A stretch of DNA of 64,000 nt. Origin: Tissierellia bacterium (GTDB taxonomy: Bacteria > Bacillota > Clostridia > Tissierellales > Tepidimicrobiaceae). The notes under the pieces were generated by a model, which had not been told where the DNA came from, did no database searches, and saw only the letters and a program-made list of their open reading frames with translations. This document shows, one piece after another, positions 48,227 to 58,094 of this stretch (positions are counted from its first letter, which is position 1; every line of letters begins with the position of its first letter). The position numbers and the translations under genes are program-made. The stretch covers positions 5,715 through 69,714 of the forward strand of contig JAAYEM010000021.1 in the NCBI GenBank assembly GCA_012728725.1, written 5' to 3'.

Positions 48227-48949
48227 CTATTTATTAGTTTTTGGTACAAAAATAGGAGGAAAATTTCTCTTGTGCTCACTTATCCTATACATTTTTTCTA
48301 TTCTTTCCACCACATCCCTAGGTCCAGTTTTATTTTTTATATAATTGTCTAATACATCATATCCAAAACCCATTTCCTCTTCATCTGTTTGACCTTCCCA
48401 CAGGCCTGCCGAAGGAGCCTTTTCTATTATCTCTTGAGGAATCTTTAATATCCTAGCTAATTGCCAAACCTCTGTTTTAGTTAGGGATGCAAGGGGTAAT
48501 AAATCCACTCCACTATCCCCGTGTTTGGTAAAATATCCAACAGTAAATTCCGATTTATTGCTAGAACCTGCTACCAGATAATTATAGGTTTGGGCAAAAT
48601 AGTATAAGGTAGTCATTCTAAGCCTAGGTTTTACATTGGCCAAGGCTAATTTATTATTATTTTTTATACCGGCAGATCTTATGAATTGATCGTATACATT
48701 GGACAAATCCACCCTTACAGTTTTTAAATTCAAATATTTGGCAACTAATAATGCATGTTCTTCATCTATAGGATTACTGTGGCAGGGCATAATAATCCCC
48801 AAAGAATCATTGGGAAAGGCTTTTTTGGCAAGACCAGCAACTACTGCTGAGTCCACCCCTCCACTAAGGCCAAAAACCAATCCTTTGCCATTTGCCCCTT
48901 CCACCTTTTCTTTAAGCCATTCTATAATTTGATTACAGATTTTCTCCAT
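48227..48949 (-). CDS. nadE: Ammonia-dependent NAD+ synthetase
   Basis: SGGVDS PP-loop motif. The start at 48949 (MEKICNQ) follows GGAGGT by 6 nt. Confidence 0.88.
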   Translation of the reverse strand: MEKICNQIIEWLKEKVEGANGKGLVFGLSGGVDSAVVAGLAKKAFPNDSLGIIMPCHSNPIDEEHALLVAKYLNLKTVRVDLSNVYDQFIRSAGIKNNNKLALANVKPRLRMTTLYYFAQTYNYLVAGSSNKSEFTVGYFTKHGDSGVDLLPLASLTKTEVWQLARILKIPQEIIEKAPSAGLWEGQTDEEEMGFGYDVLDNYIKNKTGPRDVVERIEKMYRISEHKRNFPPIFVPKTNK

Positions 48950-49055
48950 TCCATTACCTCCATACATATATTCAAGTATATCTTATACGAATTTGGTAAA
49001 ATTAATAATTAATAATAAAATATATTGGATTAATTATACCATAAAGGAGATACTT

Positions 49056-49415
49056 ATGCATAAGGAGCATATCAAATTAATTGGAATAGGTCTTATAACA
49101 GGATTGATCAATGGCTTGTTTGGATCCGGTGGAGGAACTATAGTAGTTCCTGCTTTAGTATTTTTGATTGGGATGAAGGATTATAAGGCCCATGCAACTG
49201 CCATCTCCATAATACTACCCTTATCTATTATTAGTACTATTATTTATTTAAAAAACGATATCATAAGGCTGGATGTAATGGTAACGGTGGTGATGGGGGG
49301 GATAGTAGGCAGCATTATAGGTGCTAAACTATTGAATAAAGTCCCTACCCCAGTCCTTAGGAAAATATTTGGTAGTGTCATCATAATTACTGCCTTGAGG
49401 ATGATATTTAAATGA
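49056..49415 (+). CDS. Half-size TauE/SafE (TSUP) family membrane protein, first half
   Basis: About 119 aa with 4 predicted TM helices (GLINGLFGSGGGTIVVP). AAGGAG RBS. Its stop overlaps the next start (ATGA). Confidence 0.7.
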   Translation: MHKEHIKLIGIGLITGLINGLFGSGGGTIVVPALVFLIGMKDYKAHATAISIILPLSIISTIIYLKNDIIRLDVMVTVVMGGIVGSIIGAKLLNKVPTPVLRKIFGSVIIITALRMIFK

Positions 49416-49768
49416 AATTGTTTATAATAGGCTTCCTGTCGGGAATAATAAGCGGAATGGGAATTGGAGGAGGTGCTATACTTATACCCTCCTTAGTCCT
49501 TTTTATTTCCCTTAAACAGCAGGAAGCCCAGGGCATAAACTTAATAGTATTTATTCCCGTAGCCATTGTAGCTTTGATAATCCATTTTAAGGAAAAAAAT
49601 ATTGATTTTAAATATGCTAAATGGATAATACTAGGGGGCCTTGGAGGTGCAGTAATTGGATCCCTACTCGCTGTAAAAATAAACCCCCATTCCCTAAAAA
49701 GGTACTTTGGATTCTTCCTTTTACTAATAGGGATATATGAATTCTTTAAAAAGAGTAGGCCTAATTAG
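49412..49768 (+). CDS. Half-size TauE/SafE (TSUP) family membrane protein, second half
   Basis: 118 aa with 4 TM helices (GIISGMGIGGGAILIPS); paralogous to the preceding ORF. Confidence 0.7.
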   Translation: MKLFIIGFLSGIISGMGIGGGAILIPSLVLFISLKQQEAQGINLIVFIPVAIVALIIHFKEKNIDFKYAKWIILGGLGGAVIGSLLAVKINPHSLKRYFGFFLLLIGIYEFFKKSRPN

Positions 49769-50162
49769 ACCTACTCTTTTCTAATCTTATCAAGGTAGCT
49801 AAAACACAGTCATAGTATAATATTTTAAACCCTAAACTTTTAGCCTTTTTTATCACCTCATCATTGAAGGTTCCCGGTTGAAACCATAGGTATTCAATAC
49901 CTAATTCTTTGGCCTCATCTATTATGTCTAAACTTACTTGAGGAGGGACAACTAAATCTACTACCTCTATTTTATTAGGAACATCTTTTAAATAAGGATA
50001 TATCTTTTCTCCATCAATTGAATCATAGTTTGGATTGACTCCATAAGTTTCATACTTGTGTTCCTTTAGCTTTTTCCATATCTTATACCCAAATTTTTCC
50101 TTATTGGGACTAGCTCCTACCACTGCCCATACCTTTTTATCTAACATTTCCTCTTTTATCAT
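49761..50162 (-). CDS. CoA-binding domain protein (YccU/YneT-like)
   Basis: 133 aa (VWAVVGASPNKEKFGYKI, VNPNY, WFQPG). Confidence 0.8.
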   Translation of the reverse strand: MIKEEMLDKKVWAVVGASPNKEKFGYKIWKKLKEHKYETYGVNPNYDSIDGEKIYPYLKDVPNKIEVVDLVVPPQVSLDIIDEAKELGIEYLWFQPGTFNDEVIKKAKSLGFKILYYDCVLATLIRLEKSRSN

Positions 50163-50198
50163 ACTACCACCTCTTTAAAAATATCTTATTACCAACTA

Positions 50199-50846
50199 CT
50201 ATCTAAGCCATTTGCCATCCTTCATGGATATATATTCTTCCTCACCATATTCTATGAGGGCATTTCCACTGGTCAAATCAGTAATTAAATTTTTAAAATC
50301 ATCCAACTGGCTAGATTCTATGTATAGGTATATATTCACTGCATTGTCATATTCCGTATTATCCACCAGATAACCATTGGTCATTAGATAGTTTTCCACC
50401 ATTCCATATAGGGTATAATCTATCCTTACCTTCACCTTAGTATGGAGTACTTTTTCAATAATTATTCCTGCCTCTAGTCCAATCTTAGCCCCTTTAGTAT
50501 ATGCCCTAATAAGCCCTCCTGACCCCAGCTTTATTCCCCCAAAATACCTGGTAACTACCACTACCACATTTCTAAGGTCTTCCTTTTTTATTACCTCCAG
50601 GGCTGGTATTCCAGCTGTACCTGAGGGTTCCCCATCATCACTAAACCTTTGAATATTATTTTCCTCTCCAACAACATAGGCATATACATTGTGGGTAGCG
50701 TCCCTGTGTTTTGTCCTAATTTTTTCAATAAAGTCTAAAGCTTCCTCCTCTGAATTTATTGGCATGGCGTAGCCTATAAACCTGGATTTATTTATTATGA
50801 TTTCATCTTCTCCATATCCATGTATAGTTTTATATCTTGCTTTCAT
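50199..50846 (-). CDS. yigZ: YigZ/IMPACT-family protein
   Basis: 215 aa (KSRFIGY, DATHNVYAY, DDGEPSGTAG, VVVTRYFGGIKLG). Confidence 0.88.
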   Translation of the reverse strand: MKARYKTIHGYGEDEIIINKSRFIGYAMPINSEEEALDFIEKIRTKHRDATHNVYAYVVGEENNIQRFSDDGEPSGTAGIPALEVIKKEDLRNVVVVVTRYFGGIKLGSGGLIRAYTKGAKIGLEAGIIIEKVLHTKVKVRIDYTLYGMVENYLMTNGYLVDNTEYDNAVNIYLYIESSQLDDFKNLITDLTSGNALIEYGEEEYISMKDGKWLR

Positions 50847-50930
50847 CCTTTTCCCCTTTCTATATTGGAAAGTGTATCCTTCACCAGCTAATATATAAAC
50901 ATTATATCATATTTTCTTATGGAAAATGGA

Positions 50931-50962
50931 AATATAAAAGCAGACATCATTACAATGTCTGC
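50931..50962 (-). terminator. Intrinsic terminator after the NUDIX-like gene
   Basis: GCAGACAT-N7-ATGTCTGC hairpin followed by TTTTATATTT on the minus strand. Confidence 0.7.
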
Positions 50963-50976
50963 CCATAGATTTCACA

Positions 50977-51417
50977 TTAAGCATAGATCTGCTTGTTCTT
51001 AGATTCCTTCAAGGCTAGGTACTTTTTATAGGAAAGGCTTACCAAGGATTTGTCCTGGCTATGAGTAATCATATCTATTGCCTGCTCTACTGGATAGAAG
51101 CCCCCATCTTTAAATCCTTCTTCTTTATTTATACTATAATGATCACTTAGTGATTCCATTATATACCAAATTATTATATTACATACTGCTTGCTTTCTAG
51201 ACAAAGAAAAAAATTCGTAACTGTTTTCTCCAGCGGTGGAAATAATACTCGCATCTGCCCCAGCTTCATGCTTAACACGATTGATGGCAGTTTCCGTTGG
51301 AAGAAAACCGCTACGAATTTTCCCTTTAGGAAGGACCCATTGGTCTTTATCATTTTTTAAGATTAAAACTTTATCCCCGTTGAAAACCACTCCACCTGCA
51401 CAATTTCTTACAATCAT
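50977..51417 (-). CDS. NUDIX-fold protein with degenerate Nudix box
   Basis: 146 aa. The GKIRSGFLPTETAINRVKHEAG region aligns to the Nudix box, but several of the REx2EE glutamates appear to be replaced. Confidence 0.6.
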   Translation of the reverse strand: MIVRNCAGGVVFNGDKVLILKNDKDQWVLPKGKIRSGFLPTETAINRVKHEAGADASIISTAGENSYEFFSLSRKQAVCNIIIWYIMESLSDHYSINKEEGFKDGGFYPVEQAIDMITHSQDKSLVSLSYKKYLALKESKNKQIYA

Positions 51418-51492
51418 AGAAATCAGCCTCCTTTTTCATCTTATCTATTATCATACCCAAAAAGGATTAAATATTCAATAAATTTATTAAAT

Positions 51493-52791
51493 TTATTGAA
51501 TATTTTTATCTGGGACTATATAGGCATAATACCTCCTATAGTCTTCTGGATTTATGCTTAATTTTAATTTAGTTCCTTCCTCATTGTAATTTACATAGTC
51601 TACCTGGTAGTTTTCCAAAAAATAATTGACTAAAGATTGTTTATCATAGGGAATCATCAATACAACCTCTTTATAGTCCCAAGGTAAATTTTCCTGAATC
51701 ATCATCAATAGTTTATCTAGATTAGTGCCGTACTTGCTAGAAATAAATATCTTTTTGTCTACGTATCTGTTGTCATATAATAGGTTTGTAATATCCACCT
51801 TGTCCATTTTATTAAACACTGTAATTATTGGTTTGTCTAACACTTCCAATTCCTCTAAAATGTCCATGGTGGTTTTTATCTGTATATCTAAATCATCATT
51901 GGAGGCATCAACAACATGAAGAAGAAGATCAGCATATTTTACCTCTTCCAAGGTTCCCTTAAATGCTTCAATTAAATGGGTAGGAAGTTTGCTGACAAAA
52001 CCTACTGTATCCGTCAATAGAAAATTCTGACCATTGGGAAGTTTCCCTTTCCTTAAAGAAGTATCTAAGGTTGCAAACAGCATGTCGTATACGAATACCT
52101 TCTTGGATTCATCCTGGTCCTCGTTCATTTCTATGATCTTATTCATCAGGGTGGATTTTCCAGCATTAGTATATCCAACTAAAGCCACTATAGGAAGTTT
52201 TGAACCTTCCCTTTTTTTCCTTTTAATGCTCCTTGTTTTTTCTATCTTTTTTAAGGCCCTTTCTATATTGTTTATCTCCCTTAAAATATGCCGCCTATCC
52301 GTTTCAAGCTTTTGCTCTCCAGGCCCCCTTGTTCCAATTCCTCCTCCTTCCCTGGATAAGTAATCTCTAAACCCTACTAGTCTAGGTAGTCTATACTTAA
52401 GCTGGGCAAGTTTTACCTGTAATTTCCCCTCCTTTGAAGTGGCCCTGTTGGCAAATATATCCAGTATTAAGTTTGTCCTGTCTACTATCTTTTTATCTAT
52501 TACCTTTTCTAAGTTTCTCAACTGGGCTCCAGACAATTCATCGTTGAAGACCACAGTTTCCACATCTAGCTCATCACAATAATTTTTGATCTCCAAGGCT
52601 TTACCCTTCCCTATAAAATAAGCTGGATCTATGGAGGATCTCTTTTGGATAACCCGGGATACAACTATACCCCCTGCAGCCTTTACCAGTTCTTCTAATT
52701 CATCCATTGAATTATCTATGTTTATGGTATAATCCTCCAGCTCAATACCTACGATCAATGTTTTCTCCTTATTTGCGTATCCTTTTTCCAA
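51493..52791 (-). CDS. hflX: Ribosome-associated GTPase HflX
   Basis: 432 aa with the HflX N-domain and G motifs (GYTNAGKST, DTVGF, NKMD). Confidence 0.93.
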   Translation of the reverse strand: MEKGYANKEKTLIVGIELEDYTINIDNSMDELEELVKAAGGIVVSRVIQKRSSIDPAYFIGKGKALEIKNYCDELDVETVVFNDELSGAQLRNLEKVIDKKIVDRTNLILDIFANRATSKEGKLQVKLAQLKYRLPRLVGFRDYLSREGGGIGTRGPGEQKLETDRRHILREINNIERALKKIEKTRSIKRKKREGSKLPIVALVGYTNAGKSTLMNKIIEMNEDQDESKKVFVYDMLFATLDTSLRKGKLPNGQNFLLTDTVGFVSKLPTHLIEAFKGTLEEVKYADLLLHVVDASNDDLDIQIKTTMDILEELEVLDKPIITVFNKMDKVDITNLLYDNRYVDKKIFISSKYGTNLDKLLMMIQENLPWDYKEVVLMIPYDKQSLVNYFLENYQVDYVNYNEEGTKLKLSINPEDYRRYYAYIVPDKNIQ

Positions 52792-52855
52792 TCTATCATC
52801 CTTTCAATTTTCTTATCAATTATTATTATAGCAGTTATGAAAATTATGAAAAGCT

Positions 52856-53509
52856 TTATTTTACAATATCTAATATTCCTTCCCTGGGGACATTTATATA
52901 TTGTTCAGGTACATCTCCCACTATAATGGTTTCTGCTATAGGTAGATTGGTAGTTATCCTTATACTTTCTGATACTAAAGGGGCTGCCATCTTAATATCA
53001 GTAACTACAATTATATAGATCCTATGCCTGGTTTGGTTTATTCCAGAGGCTTCAAATTCTGTGGCAAAATCCACCACCACTGAACCTTGGGGAATTATTT
53101 TCACATTTAGACTGGGAAGATTTACAATATGTATATCAAAAGCATTTCTTAGGGGTACCTTAATACTTGTTTTAGATAATTCTTTTAGTTTATTCTGAAC
53201 CTCTAATGCTAATTCGGCAGCAATATTATTCATCAAAATGGTATTGGCCTGCATAAGGGTAACCTTTCCTTCATTATCGTATTTAACAAAAATTAAATCA
53301 TTATAATCAACATTTTCCTTTAATTTGTTTTTTATGGCATCGTTTATGGTCTCAGTAGTTATAGCTCGAGCTCTTACTTCTGAAATGGTAACTATAGTAG
53401 GCCTAAGCTTTCTGTCAACATATCTATACATGTATATACTCAATAGGATTAAGGATATAATCCATAATATGAGTCCTCTTCTTTTAAGTATTTGAATATA
53501 ATATCTCAC
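52856..53509 (-). CDS. yunB: Sporulation protein YunB
   Basis: 217 aa with an N-terminal TM helix and YunB family features. Divergent from a class A PBP gene, a common arrangement in spore formers. Confidence 0.75.
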   Translation of the reverse strand: MRYYIQILKRRGLILWIISLILLSIYMYRYVDRKLRPTIVTISEVRARAITTETINDAIKNKLKENVDYNDLIFVKYDNEGKVTLMQANTILMNNIAAELALEVQNKLKELSKTSIKVPLRNAFDIHIVNLPSLNVKIIPQGSVVVDFATEFEASGINQTRHRIYIIVVTDIKMAAPLVSESIRITTNLPIAETIIVGDVPEQYINVPREGILDIVK

Positions 53510-53671
53510 AAAATCTCCCTCCTAATATATAATATATGTATAATATGGGGATTAAGGATAATATTTAATAAAGTATTCATCTATATTAAAAATTGAATTT
53601 ATTAACAAGGAAAGCATTGTGTGATATAATAAAATTGTTTATTACCCTTTCTTATCTAAGGAGGTATTACA

Positions 53672-56600
53672 ATGTCAGAAGACAATAAAAAGAAATCAAA
53701 TAATAGAGTAAAAAGAGGACTGAAGATTTTCTTTATAGCACTAATTGTTGCAATGATTATAGCAACAGGTGCCGTAGGTGGCATTGTTCTTGCTATTATT
53801 AAAGATGCCCCTAAAATTGATCCTACAAATATAAACTCCCTCTTAAACCAAACATCTTATATACTTGATCAAGAGGGAAATGTTTTAGAGAAGATTCAAA
53901 TGGATACTGGAGAATACCGAACTATTGTTAGCATAGATCAGATGCCAAAACATTTAATTGATGCATTCATATCCATAGAAGATGAACGTTTCATGAGCCA
54001 TATTGGAGTAGATCCTAAGGGAATTATAAAATCAGCCATTGACAATATTAAGGCTGGAGATTTGGTAAGGGGTGCAAGCACTATAACCCAACAGTTGGCA
54101 AGAAACCTATATCTTAGTGCTGAAAAAAAATGGGACAGGAAGATTAAAGAAGCCTATTTAGCCTTGCAGATAGAAAAGGCATTGACAAAGGAGCAAATAT
54201 TGGAGGCTTATCTAAACAGGATATACCTAGGTCAAGGTGCTTATGGAGTACAAGAAGCTGCCCAAACCTACTTTTCCAAAGATGTAGAGGATTTAACCAT
54301 TGCCGAATCAGCAGTACTGGCGGGAATTATAAAAAGCCCTACCAAATATGCCATATATCAAACCCTAAAACCTGAAAACTTCGATCCTAATAAACATATT
54401 GAAGTTGGTAGGGTAGATATTTTAGGAGAAAAATATATTGCAGTATACAATGAAGAAGGGGTAAAACGTCAAAGAGTTGTACTAGCCAAAATGCTTGAAT
54501 TAGGTAAGATTACCCAAGAAGAGTATGAAAAGGCATTACAACAGGATATTAAGGCTAGTCTTAAACCAGGACAGAAGAAGGTTCAGGGTATATCTTCCTA
54601 TTTTAATGATTATATTAAGGTTCAAGTAATAGAAGCATTAATGGATGAATTAGGTTATTCAAGGGAAGAGGCTGAAAAGGAATTATATACTGGTGGGTTA
54701 AAAATATACTCCACCATGGATTTGGAAATGCAGCAAATGCTGGAAGAAATATATGATAATTTTACTGAAATACTTTTGGGGGATCCAGCTAATATTAAAG
54801 GGCCTGCCTTTATAAACTGGAGATTAAATAAAGCCCAAAATATAGTGGATGAAAGAAACAATGTAATATTTTATAAGCAGGAAAATTTATTTGATGAAGA
54901 ATTTAATCTCATAATTGAAAAGGGTACCTATGAAATAGCAGATGGCAAGCTTGTTATCAACAATCCCAAATTAACCCCTTATGGAAATAATATAGATATA
55001 GGGGATTATTACAATATAGATGAACGAAAAAATTTAGTTACTTTTAGGGTTGGTGCTCTCACAGTATCGGAAAATGATTTTACAGTAGGGGAAAATAAAT
55101 CCATAACTATTTCAAGTAAATTTTTGAAGGACAACCCAGATTTCTATTCCATCACAGATGAAGGCAATCTGCTAATAAATGAAAAATACTTTTACAGGCA
55201 AAAAGATGGTATAGTCCAACCTCAGTCAGCTACCGTTATTATGGATTATAGGACTGGCCATATAAAGGCTTTAGTTGGGGGAAGGGATGTTGAAGGAGCT
55301 CGGATACTCAACCGTGCTACTTCTTCTGCAAGGCAACCTGGATCTACCATTAAACCAATAGCTGTCTATCTGCCAGCCTTAGATAATGGCTACACTGCAG
55401 CAAGTCCTATTGATGATATACCTTTTTACAGCAATGGTAAACTTTGGCCTAATAACTGGTACTCAGGCTATAGAGGCATATATACTTTAAGAAGATCTGT
55501 AGAACAATCTGTAAATGTGAATTCAGTAAAAGTAGTAGATGATATAGGTGTAAGTACTTCTATGGAATATTTAAGCAGGATGGGCATTATTAACAGAGAA
55601 GACCCAAGCAAAGACAATTTTATTACAGCGGCAGAAAATAAAGCCAGCAACGACGAAAATCTATCAGCCCTAGGTTTAGGTGGAATGACAAAAGGTTTAA
55701 GTCCATTAGAAATGACTGCAGCCTACGGTTCCATTGCTAACCAAGGGACCTATATAAAACCTATTGCATTTACTAAGATATTGGATAAGGATGGCCATGT
55801 TTTAATAGATAATACCCCTAAGGAAAATGTAGTTGTATCTCCTGAAATCGCCTACATCATGGCGGACATATTAAGGACTACTGTAAGCAATGGGATTGCA
55901 GGAAGGGCCCAGGTTCCAAATATGCCCACAGCTGGTAAAACTGGTACTACTCAGGAAATGGCTGATGCCTGGTTTGTAGGCTTTACCCCTTATTATGTGG
56001 CAGGAGTCTGGATAGGTAATGATTCTCCACAAATTAAATTAAATCAGGGTAGTGCCATGGCAGCCCAGCTATGGAAAATTATAATGACCAAAGTCCATGA
56101 AGGATTAGAGGCTAAGGACTTTGAACGGCCAGCCAATATAGTTTCAGTAGGCATATGTACTCAATCTGGTAAACTGGCAACTGAATTATGTAGACACGAT
56201 CCTAGAGGCAGTACTGTTAGGACAGAGATATTTGCTAAAGGAACCCAACCTATTGAATTCTGTGATGTTCATGTACAACTGGATATATGTACTATTAGCA
56301 ATAAAATTGCCAATGAATATTGCCCTCAAGAAAATGTAGAGCCTAAAGTGTTTATCCAAAGGAATCCTCCCTATAACCCAGCAGATCACGGAGGAATAGT
56401 TCCAGCAGATTATCAGTACACTGCTCCAACTGAGGTATGCGATGTACATGATGAAGCAAGCTCCATTATTGACTGGCTAGAGGATTTGTTCAATAATGGA
56501 AACAATCATGATGAGCCTAATGGGGACTACGATGATTATAACGATTATGAGGACCATGAAGATACTAATAACAATACTAACAACACTAACAATAATACAA

Positions 56601-56680
56601 ATAATAGCGGTAATAACAGTAATAACAATAATATTCCCAATGGGAATAATGATCAAATTCATAATGGACAAGGGGATTAA
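53672..56680 (+). CDS. ponA: Class A penicillin-binding protein (GT51 glycosyltransferase + transpeptidase), PBP1A
   Basis: 1002 aa. GT51 motifs EDERFMSHIG, GASTITQQ and RKIKE. TP motifs STIK, SVN and KTGTT. Cys-rich duplicated C-terminal module and an Asn/Asp-rich tail. Confidence 0.92.
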   Translation: MSEDNKKKSNNRVKRGLKIFFIALIVAMIIATGAVGGIVLAIIKDAPKIDPTNINSLLNQTSYILDQEGNVLEKIQMDTGEYRTIVSIDQMPKHLIDAFISIEDERFMSHIGVDPKGIIKSAIDNIKAGDLVRGASTITQQLARNLYLSAEKKWDRKIKEAYLALQIEKALTKEQILEAYLNRIYLGQGAYGVQEAAQTYFSKDVEDLTIAESAVLAGIIKSPTKYAIYQTLKPENFDPNKHIEVGRVDILGEKYIAVYNEEGVKRQRVVLAKMLELGKITQEEYEKALQQDIKASLKPGQKKVQGISSYFNDYIKVQVIEALMDELGYSREEAEKELYTGGLKIYSTMDLEMQQMLEEIYDNFTEILLGDPANIKGPAFINWRLNKAQNIVDERNNVIFYKQENLFDEEFNLIIEKGTYEIADGKLVINNPKLTPYGNNIDIGDYYNIDERKNLVTFRVGALTVSENDFTVGENKSITISSKFLKDNPDFYSITDEGNLLINEKYFYRQKDGIVQPQSATVIMDYRTGHIKALVGGRDVEGARILNRATSSARQPGSTIKPIAVYLPALDNGYTAASPIDDIPFYSNGKLWPNNWYSGYRGIYTLRRSVEQSVNVNSVKVVDDIGVSTSMEYLSRMGIINREDPSKDNFITAAENKASNDENLSALGLGGMTKGLSPLEMTAAYGSIANQGTYIKPIAFTKILDKDGHVLIDNTPKENVVVSPEIAYIMADILRTTVSNGIAGRAQVPNMPTAGKTGTTQEMADAWFVGFTPYYVAGVWIGNDSPQIKLNQGSAMAAQLWKIIMTKVHEGLEAKDFERPANIVSVGICTQSGKLATELCRHDPRGSTVRTEIFAKGTQPIEFCDVHVQLDICTISNKIANEYCPQENVEPKVFIQRNPPYNPADHGGIVPADYQYTAPTEVCDVHDEASSIIDWLEDLFNNGNNHDEPNGDYDDYNDYEDHEDTNNNTNNTNNNTNNSGNNSNNNNIPNGNNDQIHNGQGD

Positions 56681-56703
56681 AAGAAGCTGTAATGGCTTCT
56701 TTT
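56679..56703. terminator. Bidirectional intrinsic terminator
   Basis: AAAAGAAGC-TGTAATG-GCTTCTTTT between convergent ponA and spoVAEb. Confidence 0.75.
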
Positions 56704-57058
56704 AATCTTTTGTTTTTGGATTAGATACTACAGCCATAATATATCCAAATAATATGGCTGCAGCTATACCTCCTGCTGCTGCTTCCAAACCACCGGTAAA
56801 GGCACCTATTATGCCCTTAGCTTTTGCTCCTTCTATAGAACCTCTACTAAGAGTATATCCAAAGCCTGATATAGGTACTGTGGCTCCGGCTTCACCAAAT
56901 TTAACTAAAGGTTCATACCAACCAATTCCACCTAATATTACTCCTATTATTAGAAAGCCCACTAGAATATGGGCAGGGGTCAGCTTAGTCCTATCTAAAA
57001 TAATCTGCCCAATTACACATATGGAACCACCAACCAAGAAAGCTTTTAAATATTCCAA
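56702..57058 (-). CDS. spoVAEB: Stage V sporulation protein AEb
   Basis: 118 aa, a homolog of SpoVAC/AEb-type membrane proteins (GAGATVPISGFG). Confidence 0.88.
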   Translation of the reverse strand: MEYLKAFLVGGSICVIGQIILDRTKLTPAHILVGFLIIGVILGGIGWYEPLVKFGEAGATVPISGFGYTLSRGSIEGAKAKGIIGAFTGGLEAAAGGIAAAILFGYIMAVVSNPKTKD

Positions 57059-57070
57059 TATGACACCTCC

Positions 57071-58090
57071 CTATTCTACTAAGTTATCTATAGTAACTGC
57101 ATGGGCAATTGCAGGAATTGACTCGCCTTGTAAAATAGAAAGGGGGGAATGTAATGCTCCAGTAGCAACCAACAATACCCTATTTAAATTTCTCTTTAAC
57201 ATTTCCTTGTATATATACCCATTAAAAACTACTGCTGCACAACCACAGCCGCTACCTCCTGCATGGGTATCTTGTTTTTCCCCATCGAATATTTTCAATC
57301 CACAATCCGAATATACTTCAGAAAGGTCGTATCCTTCCCTTTTCATAAGATCCAATAGTATCCTCTTTCCCACTAAGGCTAAATCTCCAGTTATTATTAA
57401 ATCGTAATCCTTGGGACTATAACCAGTATCCTTAAAATGTTGAGATATGGTATCTATTGCAGCTGGTGCCATGGCTCCTCCCATATTGTTGGCATCCTTT
57501 ATTCCATAATCCTTTATTTTCCCAGTAGTAATATAGGTAATATAGGGACCATTGCCAGTAGCCGATAGTACTGTAGCGCCAGCTCCAGTTACAGTCCACT
57601 GGGATGTAAAAGGCCTCTGGGAACCATATTCCAAAGGAAATCTAAACTGTCTTTCTGCAGAGCTAAAATGGCTTGAAGTGGCACAGACAACCTTATCAGC
57701 AAATCCACCATCTATGATCATAGCCCCTAAGCTTAAAGATTCTGTCATGGTGGAACAAGCTCCGTATAAGCCAAAATAGGGTATTTCCAACTGCCTTGCT
57801 GTATAGGAGGATGAAATTATCTGATTTAATAAATCACCAGAGAATAAATATTGTATATCATTGGGGGATAGGTTAGCCTTTGAAATAGCAAGCTTTATTG
57901 CTTCCTCTTGAATTTTTGCCTCTGCTTTTTCAAAGGATTCCTGCCCCCACATATCGTCCTCTAATATTAGGTCAAAGTATTCCTTTAAAGGCCCCTCACC
58001 TTCCTTGGGACCCACTATGGTGGCCCCACTAATAATAGAGGGTGGATTGGAAAGCTTTACAGTTTGTAGTCCAACTCGTTTTATAGCCAT
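57071..58090 (-). CDS. spoVAD: Stage V sporulation protein AD
   Basis: 339 aa with a thiolase-like fold (YGACST, typical SpoVAD sequence). Confidence 0.92.
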   Translation of the reverse strand: MAIKRVGLQTVKLSNPPSIISGATIVGPKEGEGPLKEYFDLILEDDMWGQESFEKAEAKIQEEAIKLAISKANLSPNDIQYLFSGDLLNQIISSSYTARQLEIPYFGLYGACSTMTESLSLGAMIIDGGFADKVVCATSSHFSSAERQFRFPLEYGSQRPFTSQWTVTGAGATVLSATGNGPYITYITTGKIKDYGIKDANNMGGAMAPAAIDTISQHFKDTGYSPKDYDLIITGDLALVGKRILLDLMKREGYDLSEVYSDCGLKIFDGEKQDTHAGGSGCGCAAVVFNGYIYKEMLKRNLNRVLLVATGALHSPLSILQGESIPAIAHAVTIDNLVE

Positions 58091-58094
58091 AGGA

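Noticed and set aside
56560-56660. AAT/AAC codon repeats at the 3' end of ponA as a contingency (phase-variation) locus
   Set aside because: The repeats are imperfect and interrupted (ACT, AGC, GGT). They are in-frame triplets, so slippage would change length rather than switch expression. They are noted only as low complexity within the PBP1A finding.
56754-57407. 217-aa plus-strand ORF antisense to spoVAEb/spoVAD
   Set aside because: It spans two real genes and their intergenic gap on the opposite strand, has a Pro/Ala-rich composition, and lacks a start context. Shadow ORF.
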